DNA of 64,000 nt, from assembly GCA_002269645.1 (NCBI GenBank), contig NIVC01000046.1, positions 62,001-126,000 of the forward strand, read 5' to 3'. Source of the stretch: Macrostomum lignano. Its lineage: Eukaryota. The notes below the pieces were generated by a model. It saw nothing but the letters and a program-made list of their open reading frames with translations. It was not told the DNA's origin and did not search any database. A program made the translations under genes and the position numbers. How positions within the stretch are numbered: the stretch's first letter is position 1; every line of letters begins with the position of its first letter. Shown here one piece after another: positions 23,035 to 36,124 of the stretch.

Positions 23035-25460
23035 CTTGTGAAGCAGCAGTTAGATTAATCTCCTAAGCTATGACATTCTTATATTTCATACTGTCTGACA
23101 AGAGAATAAGTGTAAAAAGCAGAAAATAAGAATGCAATTTTTGCACCCATGGTTCCACAAAATTTCGTGCTAGACCCCTAGGATTCACGCATTGCAGTAC
23201 TCACTATTAATTGTAGCACCATGGGGAAGTCATTTGATAAGCAGAATGCACTCCTTAGAAGATTACTAGTGGTTTAAATAGCATGTTAGAATCACACACA
23301 CCCACCCTCAATATATACCCACACAGCCGGGCTCTGGAATGTTCCAGAAAGTTCTTAGACAGAAAGTTCTAGAAACCGCGGGAACTTTCTCCCCAACCGA
23401 ATAATATTTGTCTATAGTATAAAGTTTCAGCATAAAGTAAAAAAGTAGTGACTCAAAAAAGATATGCATGTTTGATTGCAGACTTTCCAAACAATCCTTA
23501 TAACTTAATGTTTATAAAGAAAATAACCTTAAGCTTTATTTTTTAATTTAAGCCAAAAGCTAGTTGCAAAAATGCAATTTTTTTAAGATTTTGGATTCTA
23601 TAAACTAATCTATATTGCTATTGTATATATGGCTTTAATAGACCTACTTCTATTAAAGCATATGCTTAGTTTAGTTTAGTAAGACATAGGCCTATATATA
23701 TAGATATCATTATCATTATCATACATCATATCTTTTGAAAAAATTAAATTGTCAATAGACAAATATTTGTAAACTAGAAACCTTCTAACATAGCCTTTTA
23801 CTATGTCATTGTTCAAAGTATGCCAATTTTTAGAAATTAGATTAAGAGCTTAAGAGAAATTTGGCATTATGCTCCTTCTATACATCTAAATAAATTTCTA
23901 AAATCATAAGAAATTAGATTTTAGGTGAATTTTCTATGGGGTGATACACCAATGTAAAAGTGCTATGACAGAGTCACATGGAAGCATATAGCAACAAATG
24001 GCAACAAAAAAGTTTTGGTCAGGCTCTTCGGGGGGGATACATCCCCCTACCCCCCCTCCCTACGCCCCTGCTTGTAGGCATAGAGCTGTAGAGTAGAGCA
24101 TAGTTTATAGTAGTTACATTACAGGCCAAAAAATCATGGCCCCCATGCTTTCCTTTCCTGGTCACAAGTTATCAAGTACTAAGCTAAAAAGAATATAAAT
24201 AGCTTAAATATCCTTAGACATATAATATTATCGAGCTGACTGTCACTGTCAGTGATAGTAGGCCCCAGTAGTGCTATGTATCTCTTTTCAAAGTAATTTT
24301 TTATTTTTCTTGAAGATATTTTCATCGAAATATTATTTATTTAAAATTATTTGATTCTTTTGTAAAAAAAACAAATGCAAAAGTAATGCACTGCAGGTAA
24401 AACAAAGAAAAAAAATTAAAAGATAAAATCATACATCAAAAAGTTAGTTACTGTACCAAAGGAAATTAAACAAGAAAATAGTAGATAAGCAAAAACAAAA
24501 GGTTTTGATCATTCTAAAACGTTCACTTTTTAATAATGCGCTTTATTCGCACCATGTGCACTCGGATTCTGGGCCCACACGTGCGAACAAAAGTAGGATT
24601 TTTACTTCTGCTTGCGAGTTGGCGTGATGAATCTCTTGCAAAATTGAATCCTTGTTCTTTCAATGATATTATAATTTAAATATAATCTATATCAATATGG
24701 TGTTAATGTTTGTAATAAAAACTACTATAACTGATAGATATTCTTAACTGTAAAATGTATCTTTAGGAATTATTATAAGCCTAGTTCTACACAAATACAA
24801 GATTTTAGCTTGGGATCTAGTATGCTTTAGGAAATTGCATTTTTAATACTACTGAAATTAAAAAGTAAAAAAACTACAAAATTATAATATTAAAAGGTGT
24901 TGTGTATTTTTATAGGCCTAGTATTATTTGTAGCTCTTGGGCTGATGCAATAAATTGACAAAAGAGCCTAATCATTTTATTCTATATCAGTCATAGTACT
25001 AAATATCATAAGGTCTCCGAGTGTGCTTTTTTATGCAGCTTTGAAAATAGGCCTACACTTAGAATTAAGAAAATATTCATAGGCCTAAATTAAAGCTGTG
25101 CATACCAAAGCACTTTTCAAATAGAATTAAGTAGGAAATGTCTGTTTTACTTAAATAGGCAGTACTTTTATATAGAATAACCTGTTCTTTTCTTTAATTC
25201 TAGGTATAGTCAACAAATTTTAATCAGTTTCTAAAAATATATAAAATCCTTAAAGACCTAATCGTTGTCATTAATTTTGTGTCAACACTCAATACTATTG
25301 TTGTTACTTATATTAATATATAAATTTTATATAAATCAATAAAGTCAAAATATTTTTTTCTTTTACACTAAAGTCAATTATTTTTTTATTTTAGCAGACA
25401 ACTCTTTGTAAATCTGTTGCTACAAGCACCAATTAAAAATATCAACCAAAATTATCAAAA

Positions 25461-28400
25461 ATGAGCAATCATTCAAGGAATTCTTCAAGCTCTGGTAAGT
25501 ATTTATGCTCGTACATAATTACATAAAAACTTAAAGGTGAAACTAGTAAGGCATTTTTGTAAATTTATGTCCCTTGGAATGCAACTTTAATTATGGTACC
25601 TTGATTATAGACAAAAGCATTTTTTAAACAATTGCTAATATTTGAGGCTCATTGACATTAGGGTCACACCATATTTTTACTATCCAAAAATTAAAGAATG
25701 TAAATATTTTGAGTAGATCTGCTTAAGAACAGAGTTAGCTAAATTTGTAAACCCAGCTGTGGGTTTACTTTCGCCAGATATTTTTCTAATAATTAGCTAT
25801 CAACTTTTCTTTTCTGATTGACTGGCACCCCATCAGCAGATGCTATGGAAGCCTCAACAGTGCCAAAAGCGTCAACCGCCACTCAAGAGGAACTAGAAGA
25901 ACCCGATTGGAAAGCTCTGGTGGCTCAAGCTGTCCTATCTGTATCTGATTGGCCAGAGATGAATGAGGATCTGTGCATAACTGAGCCAATTGATAGTCTA
26001 GCAAAGCCGGCTAAATATCAAAGTACTGCCGAAGGCGCATGCGCTGAGCCTGCAGAGAAACGGCAGAAGACAAAAAAGCATAAGAAAAGCAAAAAGAGGC
26101 GATCCAACTCAGCGGCTGACTCATCAGCGCCGAAGTCTGCAAAAAAGCAGTCAAATGAAACTGCGAATTGCTCCAGTGTTGAGCAGCTGCAGCAGATGGA
26201 AGAAGAGTACTATCGACTGTTGATGCCGCCGCCGCCAGTGCCTCCGCCGAAACGATGTCACGCTCGACGCGGTGGTGCTAGCAACAGCAGGGCTGCATCT
26301 ACTGCTACTGCTTATAGTAGTATTAGTAGAGCTACTAGTTCAGCTGCCACCTATGCTCCTGCTGGCTCTGCCGCCGTTACCGCTGCTTCAAGATATTTCA
26401 TCTCTACTACTGGCGCTAGTAGCCATAATAGTATTGATAATAGAGACGAGAACGCCAGAATTGCTATTGAGACGGCGAAAAAATATTTGCCTGAACTGCT
26501 GTGCGAGCCTATGCCTCCTGCTCTTGCGTAGGTTCTTGTAGTAGTAGTAGTAGCAGTAGTACTAGCAGGGGTAGTAGTAGTAGTAGGAGTAGTAGTAGTA
26601 GCAGTAGGAGTAGTAGTAGCAGTAGTAGTAGTAGCAGTAGTAGTAGTAGTAGTAGTAGTAGACGTAGTAGTAGTAGCAGTAGTAGTAGTGGTAGTAGACT
26701 AGTAGTAGTAGTAGTAGTAGAAGTAGTAGTAGTAGTAGCAGTAGCAGTAGTAGTAGTGGTAGTAGACTAGTAGTAGTAGTAGTAGCAGTAGTAGTACTAG
26801 CAGTAGTAGTACTATCAGTATTAGTAGTAGCAGTAGTAGTAGAAGTAGTAGTAGTAGAAGTAGTAGTAGCAGTAGTAGTAGTAGTAGTAGTATTAGTAAT
26901 GGTAGTAGCAGCAGCAGTAGTAGTAGCAGTAGTAGCAGTAGTAGTAGTAGCAGTAGTAGCAGTAGTAGTAGTAGCAGTAGTAGTAGTAGTAGGAGTAATT
27001 TTTGTAGTAGTATGATAAATCGTGTGTATTAATATGCATATTCAAATTATTATAAGTATAAGTATGTCTTATAAATGTTTTTTTTAATGTCTGCACCAGT
27101 AATAGTTATAGTATTAGCATTAGTAGCTTTACTAAAGTAACGTTTTTATATCAGTAGTATTTTTATTCGCTTTTGTAACAAAAATTAATTATTTATTGAA
27201 GGTCCGGACGCTCGGAAGCTCTCACTAAACGTTTTCGTAGCATTGAGCAGCGCATTTATAATTTGCGCGACACCATTGTGGATACTTTCTCCAAGAAGGT
27301 ATGTATTTATTATCTGGTTAAATGCATCCAAATCCTTCTTCATTCATAATGTGCTGTCGCTCTTCTCACGTAATTTAGTGTCCTGTCTCTAACCCCTTCA
27401 GGTCCTTCAGTTCAGTGTCCTGTCTCTAACCCCTTCAGGTCATTTAGTGTCCTGTCTCTAACCCCTTCAGGTCCTTCAGTTCAGTGTCCTGTCTCTAACC
27501 CCTTCAGGTCATTTAGTGTCCTGTCTCTAATCCCTTCAGGTCCTTCAGTTCAGTGTCCTGTCTCTAACCCCTTCAGGTCATTTAGTGTCCTGTCTCTAAC
27601 CCCTTCAGGTCCTTCAGTTCAGTGTCCTGTCTCTAACCCCTTCAGGTCATTCAGTGTCCTGTCTCTAACCCCTTCAGGTCATTCAGTGTCCTGTCTCTAA
27701 CCCCTTCAGGTCCTTCAGTTCAGTGTCCTGTCTCTAACCCCTTCAGGTCATTTAGTGTCCTGTCTCTAACCCCTTCAGGTCCTTCAGTTCAGTGTCCTGT
27801 CTCTAACCCCTTCAGGTCATTTAGTGTCCTGTCTCTAACCCCTTCAAGTCCTTCAGTTCAGTGTCCTGTCTCTAACCCCTTCAGGTCATTCAGTGTCCTG
27901 TCTCTAACCCCTTCAGGTCATTTAGTGTCCTGTCTCTAACCCCTTCAGGTCCTTCAGTTCAGTGTCCTGTCTCTAACCCCTTCAGGTCCTTCAGTGTCCT
28001 GTCTCTAACCCCTCAGGTCATTCAGTGTCCTGTCTCTAACCCCTTCAGGTCCTTCAGTTCAGTGTCCTGTCTCTAACCCCTCAGGTCCTTCAGTGTCCTG
28101 TCTCTAACCTCTCAGGTCGTTCAGTGTCCTGTCTCTAACCCCTCAGGTCTTTCAGTGTCCTGTCTCTAACTCTTCAGGTTCTTCAGTGTTATGTCTGTCT
28201 GACGTTTCAGATCCTGAGATTTGTACAATTGATATCTTATCTCAAAACTTTCAGGCTACTCGAGTAGTGACTCTATGCAAGTTGGCTGTGGAAACTAGAA
28301 AACAGAACGCTGCAATGAACGTCAGTTGTGGTTTTCTATTTTATAATCTTATATTATTTAAATTAATAACATGCAATAAGCAAATAAGCAGGTTCACTTA

Positions 28401-30661
28401 CTATTGCAGAAGCAGTGTGCCATGCTAAGCATGTTCGGCAAGCAAGAGACCGTTTTAGAAGACGTTGCGCACAACAGGTTTAAGTTGTCTGTTGTCTGGC
28501 TGCTGACTGAATATTGAATTAAAGTGGCCGAGTAAATTAGTTTGTAAAGTTAACTAATTTGGCTCTAATACTGTATTTTAGGCTCTCTGATATTCGTCAG
28601 CGTCTGGCTTCGATTGCGGAGTCTGCGATTACTCTGGTGAAAGTCTGCAAAGCTAGTGAGTTGTTATAGCTCTGCTGTGAATAGGTATATTTGTTTGTAA
28701 ATGGGTAGAGATGTTTGTAAGTGGGTAGAGATGTTTTATAAAAACAGGTAGATATGTTTGTAAATAGTCAGATTTGTTTGTAAATGGGTAGATATGTTTT
28801 GTAAATGGGTAGATATGTTTGTAAATAGGTAGATATGTTTGTAAATGGGTAGAGATGTTTTGTAAATAGGTAGATATGTTTGTAAATAGGTAGATATGTT
28901 TGTAAATAGGTAGATATGTTTGTAAATGGGTAGAGATGTTTGTAAATGGGTAGAGATGTTTGTAAATAGGTAGAGATGTTTGTAAATGGGTAGAGATGTT
29001 TGTAAATGGGTAGAGATGTTTGTAAATGGGTAGAGATGTTTGTAAATGGGTAGAGATGTTTGTAAATGGGTAGAGATGTTTGTAAATGGGTAGAGATGTT
29101 TGTAAATAGGTAGAGATGTTTGTAAATGGGTAGAGATGTTTGTAAATGGGTAGAGATGTTTGTAAATGGGTAGAGATGTTTGTAAATAGGTAGATATGTT
29201 TGTAAATGGGTAGAGATGTTTTGTAAATAGGTAGATATGTTTGTAAATAGGTAGATATGTTTGTAAATAGGTAGATATGTTTGTAAATGGGTAGAGATGT
29301 TTGTAAATGGGTAGAGATGTTTGTAAATAGGTAGAGATGTTTGTAAATGGGTAGAGATGTTTGTAAATGGGTAGAGATGTTTGTAAATGGGTAGAGATGT
29401 TTGTAAATGGGTAGAGATGTTTGTAAATGGGTAGAGATGTTTGTAAATGGGTAGAGATGTTTGTAAATGGGTAGAGATGTTTGTAAATGGGTAGAGATGT
29501 TTGTAAATGGGTAGAGATGTTTGTAAATGGGTAGAGATGTTTGTAAATGGGTAGAGATGTTTGTAAATGGGTAGAGATGTTTGTAAATGGGTAGAGATGT
29601 TTGTAAATGGGTAGAGATGTTTGTAAATAGGTAGAGATGTTTGTAAATAGGCAGATATGCTTGTAAATAGGCAGATATGCTTGTAAATAGGCAGATATGT
29701 TTGTAAATAGGCAGATATGCTTGTAAATAGGCAGATATGTTTGTAAATGGGTAGATATGTTTTGTAAATGGGTAGATATGTTTTGTAAATAGGTAGATAT
29801 GTTTGTAAATAGGCAGATATGTTTTGTAAATAGGCAGATATGTTTGTAAATGGGTAGATATGTTTTGTAAATGGGTAGATATGTTTGTAAATAGGTAGAT
29901 ATGTTTTGTAAATAGGCAGATATGTTTGTAAATGGGTAGATATGTTTTGTAAATGGGTAGATATGTTTGTAAATAGGCAGATATGTTTGTAAATGGATAG
30001 AAAAGTGTTATTTAGGCAGAAAGTCGTTAAAATAGTCCGTTCTGTAAATAAAAACTGTATGATTAACTCTGAACTGTTGAGCTCAGAGTTGCAGCAAGCA
30101 GCCCATACTATTCTGTTTTTCAATGCATTCGCTACACTAATTAGTCCATATTTTGCTGTAGGAAACGCTAAAAGCAACATGTTTTGTTTTACTTAAATTG
30201 TAAAATCCCACAGTAAAAAAGCTCAAAGCTCAATTAGTGGAGCGTATCGACATTCAAGCCATGTTGAGAAGCATGTGCGCCGCAGATCTCGGCGAAGCTG
30301 GCGATCTAACTGAGGCTGTTGGCGAAAAGCGTGCGTTGTCATGACAAATTATAAAATAGTATACTATGTACTTTTGCAATCATGTCATTCTAACAAATAA
30401 ATTTATTGTCAATGCGTTGCAGTCAAACGTCGTTACCTGCGACAGAAGAGCATCCTTGATCAAATTCATTGCTGTGAGCAGGAGGTAATCATTCGCGATT
30501 TGTTTTGTGCCAGGAGAGGGTAAGAAACAAACGATGAGAAAGCCAGACAGACAGACACACACCCAGACAGACACACAGACAGACAGAAAGACAGGCAGTC
30601 AGGCAGACAGACAGTCAGGCAGACAGACAGAAAGACGGGCAGACACATAGACAGACAGACA

Positions 30662-30702
<41 letters not shown>

Positions 30703-30738
30703 AGACAGACACATAGACAGACGGGCAGACAGACACAC

Positions 30739-30791
<53 letters not shown>

Positions 30792-31192
30792 GACAGACAG
30801 ACAGACACATAGACAGACAGACGGGCAGATAGAAAGACAGACAGACAGACAGACACATAGACAGACAGACAGACTGACACAGAGACAGACGGGCAGACAG
30901 ACACACACACAGACAGACAGACAGACACACACACACACGCAGACAGACACATAGACAGACGGGCAGACAGACAGACAGACAGACACATAGACAGACAGAC
31001 AGACACATAGACAGACACACAGACAGACACATAGACAGACAGACGGGCAGACAGACAGACAGACAGACACATAGACAGACGGGCAGACAGACAGACAGAC
31101 ACACAGACAGGCAGGCAGGCAGACAGGCAGGCAGGCAGACAGACGGGCAGACAGACAGACAGACACACAGACAGGCAGGCAGACAGGCAGGC

Positions 31193-31224
<32 letters not shown>

Positions 31225-31730
31225 GGGCAGACAGGCAGGCAGGCAGACAGACAGACAGACAGACACACAGACAGGCAGGCAGGCAGACAGGCAGGCAGAC
31301 ACACACACACACACACACACACACAGAGACAGACACATAGACAGACGGGCAGACAGACACATAGACAGACAGACGGGCAGATAGACAGACAGACAGACTG
31401 ACACAGAGACAGACGGGCAGACAGACACACACACAGACAGACAGACAGACACACACACACACGCAGACAGACACATAGACAGACGGGCAGACAGACAGAC
31501 AGACAGACACATAGACAGACAGACAGACACGGACAGACAGACACATAGACAGACACACAGACAGACACATAGACAGACAGACGGGCAGACAGACAGACAG
31601 ACAGACACATAGACAGACGGGCAGACAGACAGACAGACACACAGACAGGCAGGCAGGCAGACAGGCAGGCAGGCAGACAGACGGGCAGACAGACAGACAG
31701 ACACACAGACAGGCAGGCAGACAGGCAGGC

Positions 31731-31770
<40 letters not shown>

Positions 31771-31852
31771 GGGCAGACAGGCAGGCAGGCAGGCAGGCAG
31801 ACAGACAGACAGACAGACACACAGACAGGCAGGCAGGCAGACAGGCAGGCAG

Positions 31853-31884
<32 letters not shown>

Positions 31885-32386
31885 ACAGACACATAGACAG
31901 ACGGGCAGACAGACACATAGACAGACAGACGGGCAGATAGACAGACAGACAGACAGACAGACACATAGACAGACAGACAGACTGACACAGAGACAGACGG
32001 GCAGACAGACACACACAGACAGACAGACAGACACACACACACGCAGACAGACACATAGACAGACGGGCAGACAGACAGACAGACAGACACATAGACAGAC
32101 AGACAGACACAGACAGACAGACAGACACATAGACAGACACACAGACAGACACATAGACAGACAGACGGGCAGACAGACAGACAGACGGGCAGACAGACAG
32201 ACAGACACACAGACAGGCAGGCAGGCAGACAGGCAGGCAGGCAGACAGACGGGCAGACAGACAGACAGACACACAGACAGGCAGGCAGACAGGCAGGCAG
32301 ACAGACAGACAGACAGACAGACAGACAGGCAGGCAGACAGACAGACAGACAGACAGACACACAGACAGGCAGGCAGGCAGGCAGGC

Positions 32387-32418
<32 letters not shown>

Positions 32419-35400
32419 GGGCAGACACCATACTGTCGCAAACGCCATCCCTACCCAATCCTGATTATCACCAGCTCTCCAGCTCAGCCGAGGAGTTGCG
32501 GCTCACCCAGCTGGCCTGCCAGCTGACGGCGGAGAAGAACTCAGCTGTGGCTGAGCAGCAGCAGCAGTCCGAAGAGCTTGCGGGTAGGCGGCTGGGAAGT
32601 TTCGAATCATTTTGCAAAAAGAAAATTGGACTTTAAAAACCTAAAACTAATATTCACCGACCACTGCATTCCAAAGAGTTGCGAACTCAGATGGCCGAGC
32701 TGCAGCGACAGCTTCAGGTTCAGCAAGAGCAGCAGCAGCAGGCGGCAACGGGAGAAGAATCCGAGGTTGATCAGGAGGAGGAGGCCAGCGATGCTGTTGA
32801 TAAGTCAGATGGAGAAGCTGCTCTGCTGAGCGATGACTCCGGCTCTGTCGGGGAAGATGAAGCCGAGTTTTTAACTCGAATATCGGCTAAGGAGGCTGAG
32901 ATTGCGGAGCTTGAGCAGGAAATTAGAGATCTGCGAGAGGCTGCGGTGAGATGGGCACTGTGCTGAGTTTGTAGCTGATGAAGTATGTTATATGTTGTAA
33001 GTATGAAGTATGTTTCCAATAGATCTCATCTCAGCGCCTCCCCAGTTGCTGAGCTAGCCTCCCAGATCCTCAGTTGCTGGGCCACCAGCCTCCCAGATCC
33101 TCAGTTGTTGGGCCAGCCTCCCAGATCCTCAGTTGCTGGGCCACCAGCCTCCCAGATTCTCAGTTGCTGGGCCAGCCTCCCAGATCCTCAGTTGCTGGGC
33201 CAGCCTCCCAGATCCTCAGTTGGTGGGCCACCAGCTTCCCAGCCTCCCAGATCCTCAGTTGCTGGGCCAGCCTCCCAGATCCTCAGTTGTTGGGCCAGCC
33301 TCCCAGATCCTCAGTTGTTGGGCCAGCCTCCCAGATCCTTAGTTGCTGGGCCACCAGCCTCCCAGATTCTCAGTTGCTGGGCCAGCCTCCCAGATCCTCA
33401 GTTGCTGGACCACCAGCTTCCCAGCCTCCCAGATCCTCAGTTGCTGGGCCAGCCTCCCAGATCCTCAGTTGTTGGACCACCAGCTTCCCAGCCTCCCAGA
33501 TCCTCAGTTGCTGGGCCAGCCTCCCAGATCCTCAGTTGCTGGACCACCAGCTTCCCAGCCTCCCAGATCCTCTGTTGCTGTGCCAGTCTCCCAGATCCTC
33601 AGTTGCTGTGCCAGTCTCCCAGATTATCAGTTGCTGGACCATCAGCTTCCCAGCCTCCCAGATCCCCAGTTGCTGTGCCAGCCTCCCAGATCCTCAGTTG
33701 CTGGGACAGCCTCCCAGATCATCAGTTGCTGGACCACCAGCTTCCCAGCCTCCCAGATCCTCAGTTGCTGTGCCAGTCTCCCAGATCCTCAGTTGCTGTT
33801 CATCAGCTTCCCAGCCTCCCAGATCCCCAGCTGCTGTGCCAGCCTCCCAGATCCTCAGTTGCTGGGCTACAGCCCAATCCATAGTCTTAGTGTTTGGTTT
33901 AACTTCTTAAAATGAACTGATTGGGTGCTTTTTAATTTTATATTTAATTTATTTCGAATATTGCAGGACCGTGAGGATTTCAATCCTAACGACTCATCTT
34001 TGCCAGAAGAGGCTGTTGCTGCCGAGGCTGCGGCTTCTGCCGATGAGGTGGATAATCAGAGCGATGACGATGGCGAGCTCTGTGAGCAGTTCGCCGAGCT
34101 CGGTGAGGCTGAGCTAGATCAGATGATTCAGGAGGCCGAGTCTGCTCTGAAGGATGTTGGGTGTGTTGACCGCATTCTCTTTTATAGTACTTTTGGTTGG
34201 CCCTCAGATTGACTGTCTTATACATGTTATACCCAGTCTCTAATACCTTAAAACCCAATCTAACACCCTAATATCCGGTGTCTAACACAGTGTGTCACAT
34301 CTAGCACCCAGCCTCTCCAACACCCTAACATCCAGTGTCTAACACAGTGTGTAACATCTAGCACCCAGCCTCTCTAACACCCTAACATCCAGTGTCTAAC
34401 ACAGTGTGTAACATCTAGCACCCAGCCTCTCTAACACCCTAACATCCAGTGTCTAACACAGTGTGTAACATCTAGCACCCAGCCTCTCTAACACCCTAAC
34501 ATCCAGTGTCTAACACAGTGTGTAACATCTAGCACCCAGCCTCTCTAACACCCTAACATCCAGTGTCTAACACAGTGTGTAACATCTAGCACCCAGCCTC
34601 TCTAACACCCTAACATCCAGTGTCTAACACAGTGTGTAACATCTAGCACCCAGCCTCTCTAACACCCTAACATCCAGTGTCTAACACAGTGTGTAACATC
34701 TAGCACCCAGCCTCTCTAACACCCTAACATCTAGTGTCTAACACAGTGTGTAACATCTAGCACCCAGCCTCTCTAACACCCTAACATCCAGTGTCTAACA
34801 CAGTGTGTAACATCTAGCACCCAGCCTCTCTAACACCCTAATATCCAGTGTCTAACACAGTGTGTAACATCTAGCACCCAGCCTCTCTAACACCCTAACA
34901 TCTAGTGTCTAACACAGTGTGTAACATCTAGCACCCAGCCTCTCTAACACCCTAACATCCAGTGTCTAACACAGTGTGTAACATCTAGCACCCAGCCTCT
35001 CTAACTCCCTAACATCCAGTGTCTAACACAGTGTGTAACATCTAGCACCCAGCCTCTCTAACACCCTAACATCTAGTGTCTAACACACTCAAACTTAACC
35101 AGTAAGCAATTTAAACCACCTGTCACCCAGGGAGCTTGCGCAGCTCGAACAAGACGAGGACGAAGACTCAACCAAGGCCGAGCTTGCCGCCCTGCTGACT
35201 CGATTGGAGATTGCTGAACAAAAACTTGATGAAGAGCAGCTGCTGACAGCCTGTGGTGACGAGGCTACTGCTGAGGCTGCTGCTGAGGCTGGAGGCGCTC
35301 AGATGGACACGGGTGGAAACGGTGAATCAGGTATTTAGCCTTGAATAGGCTGTACTTACCTGTAGATTGGCTCCAACTGCGGAGACAGTGACAAATGGGG

Positions 35401-35457
35401 AATAGTGAGGGACAACTAGAGAGTGACAGACAGATATAGTGAGGGACAGAATCTGAA

Positions 35458-35489
<32 letters not shown>

Positions 35490-35516
35490 GTAGATAGATA
35501 GATAGATAGATACGAG

Positions 35517-35554
<38 letters not shown>

Positions 35555-36035
35555 CGAGTAGATAAATAGATAGACAGATAGATAGATAGATAGATAGATA
35601 GACAGATAGATAGATAGATAGACAGATAGATAGATAGATAGATAGATAGATACATACATACATACATACATACATATGTACATGCATACATACATAGATG
35701 TGTGAGAGAGTAACGGACGTGAGGGAATGGTACATATGAGGGAGAGTGAGTGACAAATGGCAGAGAGTGACAGTACGGGTGATCTACCCCAATCAAAACC
35801 GACAATTTCAGCCGCAGCAGAGGGCGGCACCGCAGGAGAAGAATCGGATTTAGAATTCGATTACACGGAGCTGAACACAACTGAGCTCGATGATCTGCTC
35901 GAGGCTGAGGAGCTGGAACTGGCCAATATACTGGCTCCGCTTCGCGTACGCCAACAGGAGATTCTGGCGGCTCTGCGCGAATCTGAAACGACTGCGGAAC
36001 CGGCCGCCACATCTGATGCTTCGTTTTTGTTTTAG
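25461..36035 (+). CDS. Uncharacterised 13-exon protein of about 734 aa: basic NLS-like N-region, coiled coils, acidic C-terminal half
   Basis: Exons 25461-25494, 25837-26527, 27202-27298, 28255-28320, 28410-28477, 28582-28655, 30214-30330, 30423-30484, 32475-32583, 32677-32945, 33967-34160, 35131-35330, 35812-36035. All 12 introns are GT-AG and phase-compatible; sum 2205 nt with no internal stop. No family recognised. Confidence 0.75.
26538..27010. repeat. (AGT/AGC)n trinucleotide repeat, intron 2 of the orphan gene
   Basis: Direct reading. Confidence 0.96.
27375..28190. repeat. 28/33-bp minisatellite (TCAGTGTCCTGTCTCTAACCCCTTCAGG), intron 3
   Basis: Periodicity read directly. Confidence 0.95.
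28690..29995. repeat. 20/21-bp minisatellite (TTGTAAATGGGTAGAGATGT), intron 6
   Basis: Periodicity read directly. Confidence 0.96.
30543..32428. repeat. Compound (AGAC/AGGC/AC)n microsatellite with larger duplicated blocks, intron 8
   Basis: Direct reading. Confidence 0.96.
33040..33870. repeat. 28-bp minisatellite (GTTGCTGGGCCAGCCTCCCAGATCCTCA family), intron 10
   Basis: Same unit as 8290-8785. Confidence 0.95.
34255..35090. repeat. 57-bp minisatellite (CTAACACAGTGTGTAACATCTAGCACCCAGCCTCTCTAACACCCTAACATCCAGTGT), intron 11
   Basis: Period 57, about 14 copies. Confidence 0.96.
35458..35700. repeat. (GATA)n/(CATA)n microsatellite, intron 12
   Basis: Direct reading. Confidence 0.96.
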
Positions 36036-36124
36036 TGACGCACTTTTGGTCATTAAAGTCTGACTTTTTGGTTCTTTGCGGTAAAAAATATGTTACCTAG
36101 TGTTTTCTCTGTTTCTTGTTGCCC

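Noticed and set aside
24030-24070. hAT-like end GGGGATACATCCCCC...TACGCCCCTG (similar at about 53017-53065)
   Set aside because: Only one end visible, with no partner TIR or TSD; probably a relic, too weak to call.
27375-35090. Telomere-like CTAACCC / CCCTAA hexamers in two minisatellite units
   Set aside because: Single hexamers, never tandem; compatible with chance.
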